Source of the DNA: Desulfoplanes formicivorans
GTDB lineage: Bacteria; Desulfobacterota; Desulfovibrionia; Desulfovibrionales; Desulfomicrobiaceae
Assembly: GCF_001748225.1 (NCBI RefSeq)
Contig: NZ_BDFE01000015.1
Span: 361,437 to 425,436, forward strand
DNA: 64,000 bases
Direction of reading: 5' to 3'
The position numbers were made by a program, and so were the translations under genes. The notes beneath the pieces are model-generated. The model was not told where the DNA came from. It searched no databases and was given only the letters and a program-made list of their open reading frames with translations. Shown here one piece after another: positions 27,342-36,807 of the stretch (the stretch's first letter is position 1; each line of letters starts with the position of its first letter).

Positions 27342-28445
27342 ATGCGCATTTTAGCTTACTGCTCATTTTTTTTCCTGTGCTGGGGAATCTGTTCCCCCTG
27401 CCTGGCCGCCAATAGTTCCTCAGCGCCTGCAGCCCCCACATCTCAACCTTCGGATGTCACCCCGAAAGCAAGAAACATCGCCTATTTTGAAGCTGGTCCC
27501 TATTGGGAATTCGCCATTATACAGGATCATGTTGTTGAGGCTCTTGGTCAACGCGGCATCCTTGATCACCTGGCGTTCCCGGAACGTCTTGTCATCAGTC
27601 CCGGATGGGTCGCTACGGAGGATGTATACCGTGCTGAAGCCAGAAAATTGATGAATGACCCCTCGGTGGATCTCATCATCAGCATGGGTACCGTGGCGAC
27701 CCAGGCCCTGCTGGCTGAAAACAACGGCAAGACGCCCATTGTTTCCATTGACGTGGCCGACCCTGTTGGTTCGGGTATTGTTGATGCGGAAACAGGCAAG
27801 GGACCGGCAAACCTGACGCTGTACTACATAAAGGACAAGTGGCGCAAAGTTTTTGTGCTTTTTTATCAGGCATTGCCGTTCAAGAGGCTGGGAATCATGT
27901 ATCATGATTCTCCGGAGGGGCGTTCCTATTCTAACCTCAACGAGGCCCGGGAGGTTGCTCGGGAATATGGTTTCACCCTTGTGGAGTATGCGGATCTCGA
28001 CAAGGAAGAAAGCGTGCAGTCCTGTGCCGCCGGCGTCAACACCTTGCTCAAAAAGGACATTGATGCTTTCTATATTTCCGCTTTGAATTGCTTTGACTGG
28101 ACCCATGCAAACCCCAAACCCATACTTGATCTCTTGCATGAGCACGGCATCTGGACCTTTGCCCGTGACGGAAGCGTGCAGGTGCGCCATGGGGCGCTCA
28201 TGGGACTCTCCACCCTCGACTATATTCAGTTGGCAGAGTTTTATGCCGACAGAATCGGTCATCTGCTGGGACTTCTTCCCGAAGACACGCCTCTGGTCCA
28301 GGGAGAGTATCATCCGAAAATTACACTGAACCTGGACACGGCAGAGTCCATGCATCTTGATGTGCCGCGGGTGTTGCTTATTACCGCCGATGAAATATTC
28401 GATTCCAGCCTCACTGCTGTGCGTGATGTCCATATGGAAAAATAG
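27342..28445 (+). CDS. Periplasmic substrate-binding protein of the ABC_sub_bind type (PF04392-like), orphan (no adjacent permease)
   Basis: Signal peptide MRILAYCSFFFLCWGICSPCLAANSS from the ATG at 27342 (AGGAG upstream), then the typical family pattern (IAYFEAGPYWEF..., IISMGTVATQALL). The ORF track start at 27261 is probably an over-extension. Confidence 0.6.
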   Translation: MRILAYCSFFFLCWGICSPCLAANSSSAPAAPTSQPSDVTPKARNIAYFEAGPYWEFAIIQDHVVEALGQRGILDHLAFPERLVISPGWVATEDVYRAEARKLMNDPSVDLIISMGTVATQALLAENNGKTPIVSIDVADPVGSGIVDAETGKGPANLTLYYIKDKWRKVFVLFYQALPFKRLGIMYHDSPEGRSYSNLNEAREVAREYGFTLVEYADLDKEESVQSCAAGVNTLLKKDIDAFYISALNCFDWTHANPKPILDLLHEHGIWTFARDGSVQVRHGALMGLSTLDYIQLAEFYADRIGHLLGLLPEDTPLVQGEYHPKITLNLDTAESMHLDVPRVLLITADEIFDSSLTAVRDVHMEK

Positions 28446-28490
28446 GGTCAGGCAAATCGTTGAAACAAATTTGAACACAAGGAGGATCAA

Positions 28491-29075
28491 ATGGCCAAAA
28501 AAAAAGCCGAGACAGGGAATGACGCATTGAAGGAACAGCCGGTGGAGAATATGGCGGAAAATACGCAAGACCACGAGGCTCGCGTATTACCCTCTGAAGA
28601 CGAGATTGACGCCATTATCCGCAAACGTGTGTACGCGGCCGTTGGCGTGGGATTTGTTCCTGTCCCGCTGGTGGATCTTGCCGCATTGACTGCTGTTCAG
28701 TTGGAATTGATCCATGCATTGGCCAAGGCCTATGGCGTGGAATTCAAAAAGGAACGGGCCAAATCCATTATTTCGTCTCTGTGCGGCGGCGTTGTTTCCG
28801 TGGCGTCAGTGCCTTTTTTTGCTTCCCTTTTCAAAAGCCTTCCTGTTGTGGGCAGTACTGCAGGAGCCGCCACCGTTTGTATCGTTGGGGGCGGGGTTAC
28901 CTATGCCATTGGTTCGGTTTTTGATCGTCATTTCAGGCACGGAGGCACCCTGCTTGATTTTGATGCCCAGAACGCCAAATCCTATTTCAAGACCAAGGTG
29001 GAAGAAGGGAAGGATATTGCTGCCAAAATGAAACCGAAAAAGGACGATGCCGCTGGTGAAGCTGCTACCCTTTGA
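28491..29075 (+). CDS. DUF697-like protein (YcjF-type membrane-associated domain)
   Basis: The central segment RKRVYAAVGVGFVPVPLVDLAALTAVQLELIHALAKAYGVEF resembles DUF697 family proteins, from memory only. It has charged N- and C-terminal tails. Confidence 0.45.
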   Translation: MAKKKAETGNDALKEQPVENMAENTQDHEARVLPSEDEIDAIIRKRVYAAVGVGFVPVPLVDLAALTAVQLELIHALAKAYGVEFKKERAKSIISSLCGGVVSVASVPFFASLFKSLPVVGSTAGAATVCIVGGGVTYAIGSVFDRHFRHGGTLLDFDAQNAKSYFKTKVEEGKDIAAKMKPKKDDAAGEAATL

Positions 29076-29239
29076 TCGGTTGGTATGCTCAAGGTTTTCA
29101 GCCCCGTTTGCCCCGGATCATGATCCGGAACAAACGGGGCTCGTCAGAAAAAAAGCATGTTCGTCCCATGTATGGTACGTGTCACGGTCGGGGAGGAGCA
29201 TGCTGCATGACTATCGTGTACTCTGTAGCTGCATGAGAA

Positions 29240-30988
29240 TTGTGCAAGTGTTTTGAGGAGCAGGGCGGTGTTCATGACATTATTGACAAGACGACTCATA
29301 TGAAATCCATGTTGGACATCAAGAATTCGTATTTTTTCACTCTGCTCAGATCCCGGTCCGGTCCTGAAGGAACCAAACTCGTTGCTGCCTGTCTTGCAGC
29401 AGGCCTGATGCAGGGATTGGCTGTTTTCACCGTGTTGCAGGGGCTGGAACAGCTTTGTGACACAGGGATCCGCTTTCATACCTTTTTGGCATTTCTGGTG
29501 TGTCTGGGTATTTTTTACTATCTTTTCAGGTATATGACGGAGCACGCCGCTTTGATCGCACTCCGGGGCGTCATGGAGTGGCGAATGCGTGTGGCCACCA
29601 AACTTCGCGGCATTTCGTTGAAGGAGTATGACAAACTGGACAAGGGCTGGGTACAGTCCGCTCTGGTGGATGAGCGCGAAATGGTGGTGGAGGCCACCCG
29701 GATGCTCATGGCGTCAGCTGCAAGCACCATTATGATTCTGGTGTCCTTTCTCAAGATGTTCACGGTATCCGTACCCGGCGCCCTTGTTGTTATTGTGTTT
29801 TTGTGTCTGGGATTGGTGATCTTTCTGCGTCTTGTTCACGGGGTCTACGCCTTCATGGAAACGGCCGGGAGTGCTGAAACGGATTTTTCAGCCAGTCTGC
29901 TGGATTTGCAGGATGGATTTCGTCAGCTGAAGCAACACAAGCCCAAGACTTCGGATCTTTTTGCCAACTATGTCATGCCCGGTCTGGGGCGGGCAGCAGC
30001 GGCCCGCAAGGCAACGGAGCGACGCCATGCCCTGGCCATTTCGTTTTTTGCGGTTTTCAATCTGCTGATTTTGGGACTTATTCTTTTTTTGATGCCGGGC
30101 TTTCTGGGCCTTGATGTCACTGCCACCTCAACCATTCTGGTACTGAGCATGTTCAGTTTGAGTCCCATGATGAGTCTGGTGGGATTTGTTCCCCTTTTGA
30201 CCAAGGTGGAAATGAACCTGCAGGATCTGACCTCTTTGGAACAGCGCCTGGATTCCATGGCCGAGGAATTTGAGATCAAGGGGATAGCTACCCATTGGCA
30301 GCACAAGGATCCTGTAGTCCCCCCTTTCGAGTCCCTGTGCCTTCGTGATGTTCGGTTTGATTATTTTGACAAGCAGGGAATGCGCGTTTTTGGCATTCAC
30401 GTGGATGAATTTGTGCTGCGGCGTGGAGAACTGGTTTTCATCCGGGGGGGGAATGGATCAGGTAAATCCACCTTCATGAACGTGCTTTCCGGGTTGTATG
30501 CGGCTCAATCAGGCATGTTTTTCTGCAATGACCGGCCCCTGGCGGATTGGGGTATGGAAGTATATCGTAATCTGTTCGCGGTTCTGCCCTCGGAATTTCA
30601 TCTTTTTCGCACTCCCTTGGGCGTGCATGCCCCAGCAGATCAAGTTGAAGATGTTCTGCGACTGATGCGCATCGAATCCAAAGTCTCTGTGAACCAGGAC
30701 GGCTCTTTTTCCACCCTGGAACTTTCTGCTGGCCAGCGAAAACGTCTGGCCCTTGCCTGTGCCTTGTTGGAAGATCGGGATGTGTATCTGTTTGATGAAG
30801 TTGCAGCGGATTTCGATCCGGGATTTCGAAACTTTTTTTATGAATCCCTGTTGCCGGATCTGCAACGCAAAGGGAAAACCATTTTGGCCATCTCCCACGA
30901 TGACAGGTATTTTCATGTAGCCGATCGTGTTTTGTGCATGCGAGACGGTGTCTTTACTGAAAACGGCCACGACAAGGAAAAGTCATGA
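29240..30988 (+). CDS. Fused permease/ATPase ABC exporter of the cyclic-peptide transporter type (SyrD/YojI-like)
   Basis: Six N-terminal TM helices, then an NBD with Walker A GGNGSGKST, an atypical signature LSAGQRKRLALA and Walker B VYLFDE. Alternative start at ATG 29300. Confidence 0.8.
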   Translation: MCKCFEEQGGVHDIIDKTTHMKSMLDIKNSYFFTLLRSRSGPEGTKLVAACLAAGLMQGLAVFTVLQGLEQLCDTGIRFHTFLAFLVCLGIFYYLFRYMTEHAALIALRGVMEWRMRVATKLRGISLKEYDKLDKGWVQSALVDEREMVVEATRMLMASAASTIMILVSFLKMFTVSVPGALVVIVFLCLGLVIFLRLVHGVYAFMETAGSAETDFSASLLDLQDGFRQLKQHKPKTSDLFANYVMPGLGRAAAARKATERRHALAISFFAVFNLLILGLILFLMPGFLGLDVTATSTILVLSMFSLSPMMSLVGFVPLLTKVEMNLQDLTSLEQRLDSMAEEFEIKGIATHWQHKDPVVPPFESLCLRDVRFDYFDKQGMRVFGIHVDEFVLRRGELVFIRGGNGSGKSTFMNVLSGLYAAQSGMFFCNDRPLADWGMEVYRNLFAVLPSEFHLFRTPLGVHAPADQVEDVLRLMRIESKVSVNQDGSFSTLELSAGQRKRLALACALLEDRDVYLFDEVAADFDPGFRNFFYESLLPDLQRKGKTILAISHDDRYFHVADRVLCMRDGVFTENGHDKEKS

Positions 30989-31461
30989 GAATTTTTTTTG
31001 TTTGCATTTTTCTGGTCGTCGGAGCGGTTATTTTGGGGACAAAAGGATATCATTCCCTGGAACCGAAAACAAATATTGAAATGGTGCGGGCATTGTATGA
31101 AGAAGTCAACAAGACTCTCCCATCTGTTGTAAGCTCAAAAGAGCATGTTGCTATTATTCATGAACGTCTCGAGTGTTATAAAACAAATTATGATTATACG
31201 AAGAGAATACGGACTTGCAACAATTCCTATGTTAAAGATTTGGTAGAACAGGCAAGAAAAGATATTCAGTCTCATCCTGACATGGGAAATTTTGTTAAAA
31301 AAATAAATATATGTCCTGTAATGTACAGTATGTGTGTTGGCCAGACTGGAAATGACGTAGAAAGATGTGTTGTTTTTGAAAAACAATGCATAGATCATAT
31401 GCTTGATAAATTTTGGCGTGGTGGAGAATCTTATATACAACAACAATATCGATTTCACTAA
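30985..31461 (+). CDS. Hypothetical Cys-rich secreted protein encoded in a low-GC islet
   Basis: N-terminal TM/signal (MRIFFVCIFLVVGAVILG), 8 Cys in the mature part, ~35% GC against ~58% for the neighbourhood. The start overlaps the ABC gene stop (ATGA). Confidence 0.4.
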   Translation: MRIFFVCIFLVVGAVILGTKGYHSLEPKTNIEMVRALYEEVNKTLPSVVSSKEHVAIIHERLECYKTNYDYTKRIRTCNNSYVKDLVEQARKDIQSHPDMGNFVKKINICPVMYSMCVGQTGNDVERCVVFEKQCIDHMLDKFWRGGESYIQQQYRFH

Positions 31462-32540
31462 TGAATAAAAAACTTTTGTGCATACGTCGAAAATTAAGCA
31501 AATACAGAACGCATTGTATTGTTTTTGGTTTGGCATTCACGCTTATACTTGTGTTTCTTTGGCCGCAAATGGTCATTTCCGTCCGTCCTGGTGAATTGGG
31601 CGTTCTGTATTCCCGGTTTGGCGGGGGAACCCAGTTGGACAGAACCTATCAGGAAGGGCTGCACCTCATCGCCCCATGGAACATCCTGTTTATTTATGAT
31701 GTCCGCATTCAGGAGGAAACCCAGGAGGTGGACGTCCTGACCGTAGATGGTCTGACCGTGAAAGTGGAGGCCTCGTTGCGATATCAGCTGGTGCGCGACA
31801 GCCTGCCCCTTTTGCATCAGCAGATCGGCCCGGAATATAAGCGCAAGGTCGTCCTGCCCATCATGACCTCGGCCGTGAGGCAGACTGTGGGCAGCTATCG
31901 TCCCGACGATTTGTACTCCTCGGCCAGGCAGGAACTCCAGGACAAGATGCTGGTTGATGCTGCCGAAGAAATGGGGCGCATACCCATTCTCGTGCACTGT
32001 TTTGTGGTCAGAAAAATCGTGCTGCCTGAAATACTGAGCAAGGCCATAGAGGATAAGCTGGTAACGGAACAAAAATATCTGCGTTATCACTATCTTTTGC
32101 TTGAAGCCCGGGAAGAGGCCAAGCGCAAGGCCATCGAGGCTCAGGGCATCCGGTACTATCAGCGGTTGGTCAACGAAAATATGACGGATAATTATCTGCG
32201 CTTCGAGGGCATCCGTGCCACCCAGAACCTGGCTGCATCGCAAAACGCCAAGATCGTGGTGGTGGGAGGCGGCAAGGATGGGCTGCCCATCATCCTCAAT
32301 GCACAGGATGCGTCAAAACCAGTGGATGGGGAAAACGCCACGCTTCAGAATGTGTCCAACGCATCTGCCAAGCAAGCTGCTCCGGTCACCGGTCCTGCCG
32401 AAGACCCTGCCATGCGTGAAAAGGGTGGCGACACGGGATGGAAGGATCGCAAGGCACAATTTGCTGATTTTCTCAAACAGCTTGATGCAACCCTGCTCAA
32501 TCCGGAAAAAACCGTCCTGGGAGATACTTCTGAAAAATGA
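31461..32540 (+). CDS. SPFH/band-7 (prohibitin/HflC-like) membrane protein
   Basis: N-terminal TM helix, then an SPFH domain (VRPGELGVLYSRFGG...LHLIAPWNILFIYDVRIQE...LTVDGLTVKVEASLRY), a coiled-coil and an Ala/Pro-rich tail. The ATG at 31461 overlaps the preceding stop (TAATG). Confidence 0.7.
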   Translation: MNKKLLCIRRKLSKYRTHCIVFGLAFTLILVFLWPQMVISVRPGELGVLYSRFGGGTQLDRTYQEGLHLIAPWNILFIYDVRIQEETQEVDVLTVDGLTVKVEASLRYQLVRDSLPLLHQQIGPEYKRKVVLPIMTSAVRQTVGSYRPDDLYSSARQELQDKMLVDAAEEMGRIPILVHCFVVRKIVLPEILSKAIEDKLVTEQKYLRYHYLLLEAREEAKRKAIEAQGIRYYQRLVNENMTDNYLRFEGIRATQNLAASQNAKIVVVGGGKDGLPIILNAQDASKPVDGENATLQNVSNASAKQAAPVTGPAEDPAMREKGGDTGWKDRKAQFADFLKQLDATLLNPEKTVLGDTSEK

Positions 32541-32617
32541 TGGAGCAGGGTGCTGACGTATGCAATGTCTTTGAGTCCAATACTCTTTTATAGAATGATC
32601 AGCAGGGGGATAAGGAG

Positions 32618-32827
32618 ATGCAACTATCTTTTCTGATTTTCTTGGGAAGCCTGTTTGTCGGCTACCTGGGGCGTAATTGCCGGTTTGGCTTCTGGGGGAA
32701 TTTTTTCGCCAGCATGCTCTTGACCCCTCCTGTGGGCTTCCTGCTTGTTCTGGCTGCTCAGCCCAAAAAGGACGCAGCTTCCTCCCAAAAGGACCGGGAC
32801 CATCTTTCGTGTTCGGAGCATTCATAA
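32618..32827 (+). CDS. Possible small membrane protein (69 aa, 2 TM)
   Basis: G-rich SD (GGGGGATAAGGAG) upstream and two hydrophobic helices. No homology recognised. Confidence 0.25.
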   Translation: MQLSFLIFLGSLFVGYLGRNCRFGFWGNFFASMLLTPPVGFLLVLAAQPKKDAASSQKDRDHLSCSEHS

Positions 32828-33171
32828 CGTTTGGGGTGTTATGGACAGAGGCTTTGTATCTTTCCCTCCATGTGCGGGCCACTTTCCTTTTTCCTTTTAC
32901 GGGACAGGGTTGCGCCAGGCTGTTGGCTTGCTTCTTCCCTTGTCTCCATCATGTCATGGCTACAGCCTTTTGGGGCGCCAACAAACGGCCTCTCCTTTTC
33001 CCCCTGGAGTTGCCGTGGGGTGTTTTGGGTCCCATGAGAGTGCGCGTCACGTATCTTCAGGTACAACGCGTCAGCAAACGATTTTCAGTTCCCCTTGGAC
33101 GTGCTCGTGGTTTCTGCCGAAATATTGAACAAAGGCGTCCGGCCGTATTACCCGAGGAGAACTGACCTCTG

Positions 33172-35613
33172 ATGAAAAAAGGCAATCCCCTTGTTTCCCT
33201 GCGTCTTTCCATAGGCATTCTTTCCACCCTGGTTTTCGTGCTGACCATGGGGTTTAATGCCCTCTTGTCCGTATCCACCCTGGATCGGCTGGCCACCCGT
33301 TCTCTTCTTGCCGGGTATCGGAGTGCCGGGGAGCATCTGGCTCTGACCATTGAACGGGGATTACGCTTTAAGCCTTTGGAAAGATATACGGGCATGACCG
33401 ATCTGCTGCATGACCTGCGTGACGGTGCAGAAGGGATTGTGCGCGTGGAAATCGAGGATTCCCAGGGTAACCTGCTTTATGCGGTTCCTCAGGAAACCGA
33501 CCTGCAGAAAAGAAAGACCGAGAAGGGAAGATCGTCGGAGTCCGAAGTGTCATCCACCCGGCAGACCTTTGATCGTTCAGTGCTGGATGACCCCTCCCTG
33601 ATGCTCCGGGATTCCTGGGCGGGACCTGCAACCTATCGCATCCTTGTGCCCCTCCGGCATAAGGATGGGCTGGTGGGAGGTATAGCTCTGGAAATCTCCA
33701 GAGAAAGACTCGGTTCCGTGACCCGGGGCTTCATGCGCTGGGCCCTGCTGCTCCTGGGTGTTTCCTGCGTGATGATCTGTGTTGCCTTGGCTGGTTGGAT
33801 CGGCATGATGACGGCGACTCCTCAGGCCCGTGCCCGATTTTCCAGATCCCTTTCCATTCTGTTGATTGTGCTCATCGGCGGCACGCAGTTGGCGTACTCC
33901 GGGGCCATGCTGACCTTGTTTCATTCGTTTATGGAGCAGACCCTCCGGGACAAGGCCGGATTCACGGCCCATTACATAGAGCGTGATTTCGAATACATGG
34001 TCCACAAGGGCGTGGATGTGCGTTCCTTCAAGGATTCGGGTGCCCTGCTTGATCGTATCGTTGCCATGCATCCGGAACTGAGCGGGGCTGCATTGGTCCT
34101 GCCGGAGGGCCATGTGCTGGCCTCTGCAGGGCAATTGGACGGGGGGGCGGAATATGTGGAGACGTCCATTGATGCCTATTGGCCCAGCCGTTTTCGTCAG
34201 CGGCTGGGGGTCATGAATATCCGTCTGTATCCGGATACCGGCTACCTGGCTGGCAAGGTCCGTTCCCTGGCCATTGATCTGACCACCTCCCTGGTGATCA
34301 GTCTGCTTTTTCTGATGGAGCTTGCCCGCCTTTTGCGCATGCTGTCCGTGCGCATGGCCCAAGCCATTTTTACGGAAAAGGAACAGGAAGCCCCTGTTTT
34401 GCACAACGAGATGCTGGTGACCCTGCGTGCTGCAGGGTTCCTGTTCTTTTTGGGCTATGACATGTGCATTTCCTTTATCCCTCTCATGGCCCGCGAACTC
34501 CCTGCCCCCATGTGGGGGATTTCCCGGGAGGTATTGCAGGGAATGCCCATTTCAGCCGAGATGATCTGCGCCGGGGTGGCCCTGCTTTTGGGAGGGATCC
34601 TTTCCGAACGATTCGGATGGCGGCGTGGTTTCATTCTGGGGGCAGCAGTTGCCTCCCTTGGCCTTGTTGTGGCCGGGACAGCCTCCTCGCTGCCGGGTTT
34701 TATCGCCGGGCGCGGTATTTCCGGTTTCGGGTTTGGTCTGGTTTTGATGGCCGCCCAGATAGGCACGCTTGATAATAAAAATTCCGGGGCTGGCTTGGCC
34801 GGAGTCTTTGCTGGCATTTTTGCGGGCAGTATCTGCGGATCAGCCGCCGGGGCTCTGCTGGCTGAACGTCTGGGATTTGAGACCGTCTTGCTTGTTGCTG
34901 CCGTGCTGGTGCCTTTTTCCATTTTCGCCTTGGTCCTGAACAGATCCAAAGCGCATACTCCTGACCCGTCTTTTCAGGAGCCAAGCCGAAAAGAAGGGAG
35001 CGAGGCGGCCCTGGTCTGGGCGTTTCTCAAAGATCCCCGCATGCAATTTTTGCTGGTCTTCATAGGTTTTCCTGTTGCCTTATGTCTGACCGGATTTTTG
35101 TATTACATGCTTCCTCTGATGCTTGCCGAAAACCAGGCAACACAAGGAGATATCGGGCGTTTTTTCATGGTTTACGGCCTGTGTTTTATCACTGCGGGAC
35201 CTCTTTGGGGCCGTCTTCTGGATCGATCCCGCAAAAAGGCATTTTTTGCCATGCTCACGGGTCTGCTTTCAGGGGCATCCATGGTCATTGCGGGGTTGTC
35301 ATCCCAGATGGTCGTTGTTGTCTTTGCCGTGATCCTCAGCGGTATGGCTCAATGCCTGGCCGCTCCCTCGACCATGCTTTGCATTGTTGCCTTGCCCTCG
35401 GCACAGCGTCTGGGGCGGGGCAAGACCGCCGGCATCTACAGGACCCTGGAGCGCGTTGGTCAGGTACTGGGGCCGATTCTTTTTGGGGTCGCCCTGGCGC
35501 ATTTTGGCGTGTCGGCCATATTGCTATGGGTGGGAGTCGGGGGCTGCGTGCTGGCTGTGGCATTCATGTGTTTGTGGCGGCTCAACAGTCCGTCAGGGGA
35601 CAAAGGCGTTTGA
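33172..35613 (+). CDS. MFS transporter fused to a ~400-aa N-terminal two-TM extracytoplasmic sensor-like domain
   Basis: Residues ~420-813 are a 12-TM MFS fold (GYDMCISFIPLMAREL..., GRGISGFGFGLVLMAAQ). The N-terminus has a TM helix, a ~160-aa soluble domain, a TM helix and a ~200-aa linker, resembling a periplasmic sensor module. Confidence 0.7.
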   Translation: MKKGNPLVSLRLSIGILSTLVFVLTMGFNALLSVSTLDRLATRSLLAGYRSAGEHLALTIERGLRFKPLERYTGMTDLLHDLRDGAEGIVRVEIEDSQGNLLYAVPQETDLQKRKTEKGRSSESEVSSTRQTFDRSVLDDPSLMLRDSWAGPATYRILVPLRHKDGLVGGIALEISRERLGSVTRGFMRWALLLLGVSCVMICVALAGWIGMMTATPQARARFSRSLSILLIVLIGGTQLAYSGAMLTLFHSFMEQTLRDKAGFTAHYIERDFEYMVHKGVDVRSFKDSGALLDRIVAMHPELSGAALVLPEGHVLASAGQLDGGAEYVETSIDAYWPSRFRQRLGVMNIRLYPDTGYLAGKVRSLAIDLTTSLVISLLFLMELARLLRMLSVRMAQAIFTEKEQEAPVLHNEMLVTLRAAGFLFFLGYDMCISFIPLMARELPAPMWGISREVLQGMPISAEMICAGVALLLGGILSERFGWRRGFILGAAVASLGLVVAGTASSLPGFIAGRGISGFGFGLVLMAAQIGTLDNKNSGAGLAGVFAGIFAGSICGSAAGALLAERLGFETVLLVAAVLVPFSIFALVLNRSKAHTPDPSFQEPSRKEGSEAALVWAFLKDPRMQFLLVFIGFPVALCLTGFLYYMLPLMLAENQATQGDIGRFFMVYGLCFITAGPLWGRLLDRSRKKAFFAMLTGLLSGASMVIAGLSSQMVVVVFAVILSGMAQCLAAPSTMLCIVALPSAQRLGRGKTAGIYRTLERVGQVLGPILFGVALAHFGVSAILLWVGVGGCVLAVAFMCLWRLNSPSGDKGV

Positions 35614-36451
35614 TTTCAGACATGAGAGGATCCTGCATGCCTCCGGGAAGGTACCAGGAGAGCATTTCCTGATAATCTTCCGAGGTAACAATGGCGTTTC
35701 CCTTTTCCCGGAATCGTCTGAAATCAGCTTCCGTGGGATAGCTGTAGTATCGCCGGGCGGATGGGTCCTGAGGATGTGTCTGCAGGTGGTCGCCCTGGAT
35801 GAGGGTAGGCAGGTGACGCAGGAACGTAGCAACTCCTGCAAAGTATGTGTGTACAAAGTTCCACAACAGGGAGCGGGAGTAGTTGACAGGGGTCCATCCG
35901 ATTTCAACCACGGGGCCGCTGTCAATGCCCTTGTCAATCTGAAAAAGGGTGCATCCCGAACGGTCATGCTCCTGGAGCATGGCCCAGAAAGGGGCACACA
36001 ATCCCTGGATTTGAGGGAGCCTGCCCGGGTGCATGCCGTAGGCGCCCAAAGGGGGGATTTCAAGGATTTCTTCGGGAAAGATGTAGTCGTAGCGGCAGGA
36101 GAGAATCAGATCCGGAGCCAGACGTTGCATTGCATCTATGACCTCTCTGGAACGGGCTCGACCCCAGTGGTGCACCGGAAGCTGAAACATGGATGAAAGC
36201 CCTGCAGGTGTCAGGCAAAGGGCACCGCTTCCCACGGGAACATGCTGTTCCAGAAAGGGGTAGAAAGTTTCCAGGGGAAAATCACGTTCGTAGGTGAGCA
36301 GCGTGGCTGCCGAGGGGGTTTCCCGTTCAGCCTTGAGGACATAGTCGGACAAAATGACATGGATTTGGTGATGCGGGGCCAGGGCTCGAACCAGAATGTT
36401 CAAGGCCAGATTGCCGGCCAGGTCGTGTTTTGCACAGATGGCTATCTTCAT
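35582..36451 (-). CDS. Formyltransferase-family protein (Fmt/ArnA N-terminal domain-like)
   Basis: Formyl_trans_N pattern (MKIAICAKHDLAGNLALNIL..., DLILSCRYDYIFPEEIL, GAYGMHPGRLPQIQG). Its 3' end overlaps the MFS gene by ~30 nt (convergent). Confidence 0.7.
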   Translation of the reverse strand: MKIAICAKHDLAGNLALNILVRALAPHHQIHVILSDYVLKAERETPSAATLLTYERDFPLETFYPFLEQHVPVGSGALCLTPAGLSSMFQLPVHHWGRARSREVIDAMQRLAPDLILSCRYDYIFPEEILEIPPLGAYGMHPGRLPQIQGLCAPFWAMLQEHDRSGCTLFQIDKGIDSGPVVEIGWTPVNYSRSLLWNFVHTYFAGVATFLRHLPTLIQGDHLQTHPQDPSARRYYSYPTEADFRRFREKGNAIVTSEDYQEMLSWYLPGGMQDPLMSEIKRLCPLTDC

Positions 36452-36807
36452 GGGGATTCCATAGGGTGGGAGGATTGGATGTTCTGTGTAACATTTTGTC
36501 TAACGTATTACATACCATACCTTTTTTGGGCATGCCAGCCCCATTTTCTCGGTATCTGTGGCTGTGAAGCAAGAATGATGTCTCTTTTTCACGGGGATCC
36601 CGCAGATGGAACAGGTTGGGACCACGTGGCCAGAACCATGCGTAATGTTTGAAGGCGAAAGTGGCCAGCCATCTCTGCTGTGATCATATCAATTTATTTT
36701 TATTGATAAATGGTTACGTTGCCGGTGTAAAACAAGTTACGAGTACTGTACCGTAGAACATCATGCATGTAAGGTCCAAAGTGTCGTATGACAGAACGGG
36801 AGTTGCC

